A model generated the notes under the pieces. The model did not search any database. It saw only the letters and a list, made by a program, of their open reading frames with translations, and was not told where the DNA came from. The position numbers and the translations under genes were made by a program. DNA of 63,693 bases, counting the filler, from Craspedostauros australis (lineage: Eukaryota), in NCBI GenBank assembly GCA_030167865.1. It is 24 parts of 24 records of this genome, joined end to end, with 100 filler letters (N's around TTAATTAATTAA, not from the genome) between each part and the next. Parts side by side here need not be neighbours in the genome. Positions count along the whole stretch, not along the records: positions 60,077 to 62,208 come from JALAGF010002347.1; positions 62,309 to 63,693 come from JALAGF010002354.1; 22 more parts are not named here. The stretch is one strand, 5' to 3'. Positions 61,272-63,693 of this stretch are shown piece after piece. Positions within the stretch are counted from its first letter, which is position 1. Each line of letters starts with the position of its first letter.

Positions 61272-61949
61272 AAAAATATTTGGTCTTGGTTTTCTCACGA
61301 CTGTCCGCCAACACGTTGCGTGTACCCCTCGGTACGAACCAAGACCAAATGGGAACTGCAGAGAAACAAGGGATTGGAGACTACCAATCACTGATGTTTA
61401 TCAAGAGGTTCATTGCAGATTACATTTGAATCACAAAAGTGATTGGATTGAACTGCAAAGACTTCTTGTATGTATGACCTCAGCCCTTGACACAAACAGA
61501 ATGATAGAAGTAGGAGTCATGCCTCTGCTGCTCCAAGACGAACCAAGATCAGCAGGAGAACATGAGATGCTTGAAGGATCGATACATTGCAAGAAAGGAG
61601 TGAAACAAGGCACACAGCCAAGTGTCTTGCTCTGCAGAGAGTACAATGATGTCTGCAGGAAATCTCCTGCAAACAACACTGCCAAGAAACATGTCCTGCA
61701 TGATTGTTGTCTCTTCATTGTCTTCATCATCATCTTCATTATCTTCATCATCAACTTAATCATAAAATGCAAAAGTTCACAAGTCAAAACACTCTTCAAA
61801 CACAGTACAAATCAATTGCATTCACTCTCGTCTTCCCATCGTAACTCTGACACCAAACGACTTCATCAGTCGGTCCGAGTTGCGACATTGAACGCTTGCT
61901 CAAGGCAACACAACAAACAATTTTCTCACAGCAACAAAACACAAGTCCG

Positions 61950-62208
61950 TGTCGAGATGTACATGTGAGTATATGTCAAGATGTACGTGTATATGTGCAT
62001 CGTTCACCCGTTATTCTCTCATACGTACTTGGACGGTATAACTACATTCGTGTCGATAGTATACTGTGATTCGTCAGAATTACAGGGGAAACGGAACACA
62101 CGAAAAGGGGCAAGATTTCTGGAGGAAATTTGCAAATGACGATTTCTGAGAGAATTGGAATATCGTCCGTCCATCCATCAATGGTACCAAGAGAATCTTG
62201 AGGTACTT
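61950..62208 (+). mobile_element. Start of an LTR of a second family (cut by linker)
   Basis: begins TGTCGAGATG; about 255 bp closely match the reverse complement of 63352-63608. Confidence 0.65.
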
Positions 62209-62859
62209 NNNNNNNNNNNNNNNNNNNNNNNNNNNNNNNNNNNNNNNNNNNNTTAATTAATTAANNNNNNNNNNNNNNNNNNNNNNNNNNNNNNNNNNNN
62301 NNNNNNNNACACGCCGCGGATGTTGTATCGGGTGAAATAGGAAATGAGCAAAGATTCCTCAGCTGGATCATGAAGGTGGCCTTTGATACTTGAGCGCAGA
62401 TATCATATGTGAAGCTTACAGGCATATTCGACATCTTAATCGCTCTCTATCGCTCCATGCACCTCTCATTCGGAATGCTAGTTTCATCATCACTAGCATC
62501 TCAAAAAANTATCATNNTNACGACAAGGACGACTCAACATTTCTGCAAATGAAGAGAAATGATTGGCCATTNGTTTCGTTCCAACACGTGGAAGGTTGGN
62601 TTGCCGGGACTGCAATGTGAAACTCAATTGTGTTTTTGGCTCCTAAAACGCAATCGAGTTTCACTTTCCGAGGGGGAAGTTCGCATGTTGCCCCTCTAAA
62701 AATGTCAATATCAGGTTATTTTGTACCGTGGGACTCCCAATGTGAAATGCGGTAGGCCTCTATTGTCAACTTGTTTGGTGACCCCGGATTTCCAACATAG
62801 AAGACACAATCGAATGTTGGCAAGTTCCGCTCACGGTAACCTACGATCGTGGAAGATGG

Positions 62860-63620
62860 TGTTGGTTGATAGTCGTTCGTTTGCTATTTCATTAGTTGGC
62901 TACTCCGATCCTCTCGGTGTACGCCCGTTCTCTTGCCCGATGCTCTCGGTGCTTCAATCTGTTTCGTAGATTCGGTCTCCGACTATGAGTCGGTGCGCGA
63001 GATGCTCTCTCGTTCCTCTCTGTATTCTCTCTCTGTCTCAGCATCGCATGCTTCGTGCTACGCGATACTACATGTTTGATGCATACTCAGCATTCGACAC
63101 TCCGTTCGTTCAGTACTGGTTCCTACTCCATGAGTACTTGCCATTTGAAGTTCATCTCCTGTATCCATGATGCTGATGCCCTTCGGTCATTGGATCTTCG
63201 CCTCCTGCTCTGACTTGGAGACAGATGTCGACATGGTGACACGATGACATCCTGTCGACGTCAGTAGACGTCCTTCTGCTCTCCAGATGTCATGTTCCAT
63301 TGGTGATGCAGCGGTCTGTCAGATGATATCGTCATCTGAGGTTTAGTTGGGAAGTACCTCGAGATTCTCTTGGTACCATTGATGGATGGACGGACGATAT
63401 TCTGATTCTCTCAGAAATCATTATTTGCAAATTTCCTCCAGAAATCTTGCCCCTTTCCATGTGTTCCATTTCCACTGTAATTCTGACGAATCACAGTATA
63501 CTATCGACATGAGTGTAGTTATACCGTCCAAGTACGAATGAGAGAATAATGGGTGAACGATGCACATATACACGTACATCTCGACATATACTCACATGTA
63601 CATCTCGAAACCCTTCCTGT
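62860..63620 (-). mobile_element. Probable 3' LTR of the same family with polypurine tract (left boundary tentative)
   Basis: minus strand AGGAAGGG followed by TTTCGAGATGTACATG; homology to 61950-62208; candidate end TCAACCAACA at 62860. Confidence 0.55.
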
Positions 63621-63693
63621 GTGCATTCGGTCATTCGAATGTTCTCGATGTGTCAAGGTATGACTTCTCATGTTCACGTTGTAAGTCGGCCTT

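Noticed and set aside
16601..62308. Regularly recurring TTAATTAATTAA palindrome resembling a repeat array or recombination site
   Set aside because: Always centred in exactly 100 nt with N44 flanks; it is an artificial contig linker. ORFs ending in X...LIN or X...N are artefacts of it.
61950..63608. ~255-bp inverted repeat pair as the TIRs of one DNA transposon
   Set aside because: The copies are on different contigs, and one follows a polypurine tract, so two LTR copies fit better.
16701..63693. Apparent gene cluster of FAAL-Pls, Dispatched-like transporter, fucosyltransferase and proteases
   Set aside because: The genes are on separate contigs joined by linkers, so there is no evidence of physical linkage.

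Overview
Eukaryotic genomic DNA, most likely from a diatom. The evidence is GT-AG introns, CoDi-type Copia elements, an Ambal-like LINE, M11 metalloproteases and diatom-style TPR/LRR/AAA proteins. It is not one locus: 24 contigs are joined by 23 artificial 100-nt linkers (N44-TTAATTAATTAA-N44), so adjacency across linkers has no biological meaning. Contig 1 (1-16600) is gene-bearing: a SHOCT-tailed membrane protein, an AlkB-like dioxygenase, a TatD-linked radical-SAM homologue lacking CX3CX2C, an RBBP9 hydrolase, TPR and LRR-like proteins, and the 3' end of a Copia element inserted in a probable host gene. The remaining short contigs are retroelement fragments, a PIF/Harbinger-like transposase, satellites and paired gene copies (M11 peptidase, Dispatched-like, FAAL-ACP-Pls). 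The strongest leads are: (1) an NRPS-like FAAL-ACP-Pls (poly-lysine-synthetase-type C-terminus) membrane enzyme in two versions with a shared loading module and divergent membrane modules; (2) an unrecognised extra module (Zn ribbon plus helical domain) between Gag and protease in three Copia polyproteins; (3) gametolysin-like proteases whose differences cluster at the active site; (4) the cluster-motif-less radical-SAM homologue. All family calls come from motif recognition by eye; no searches were run.
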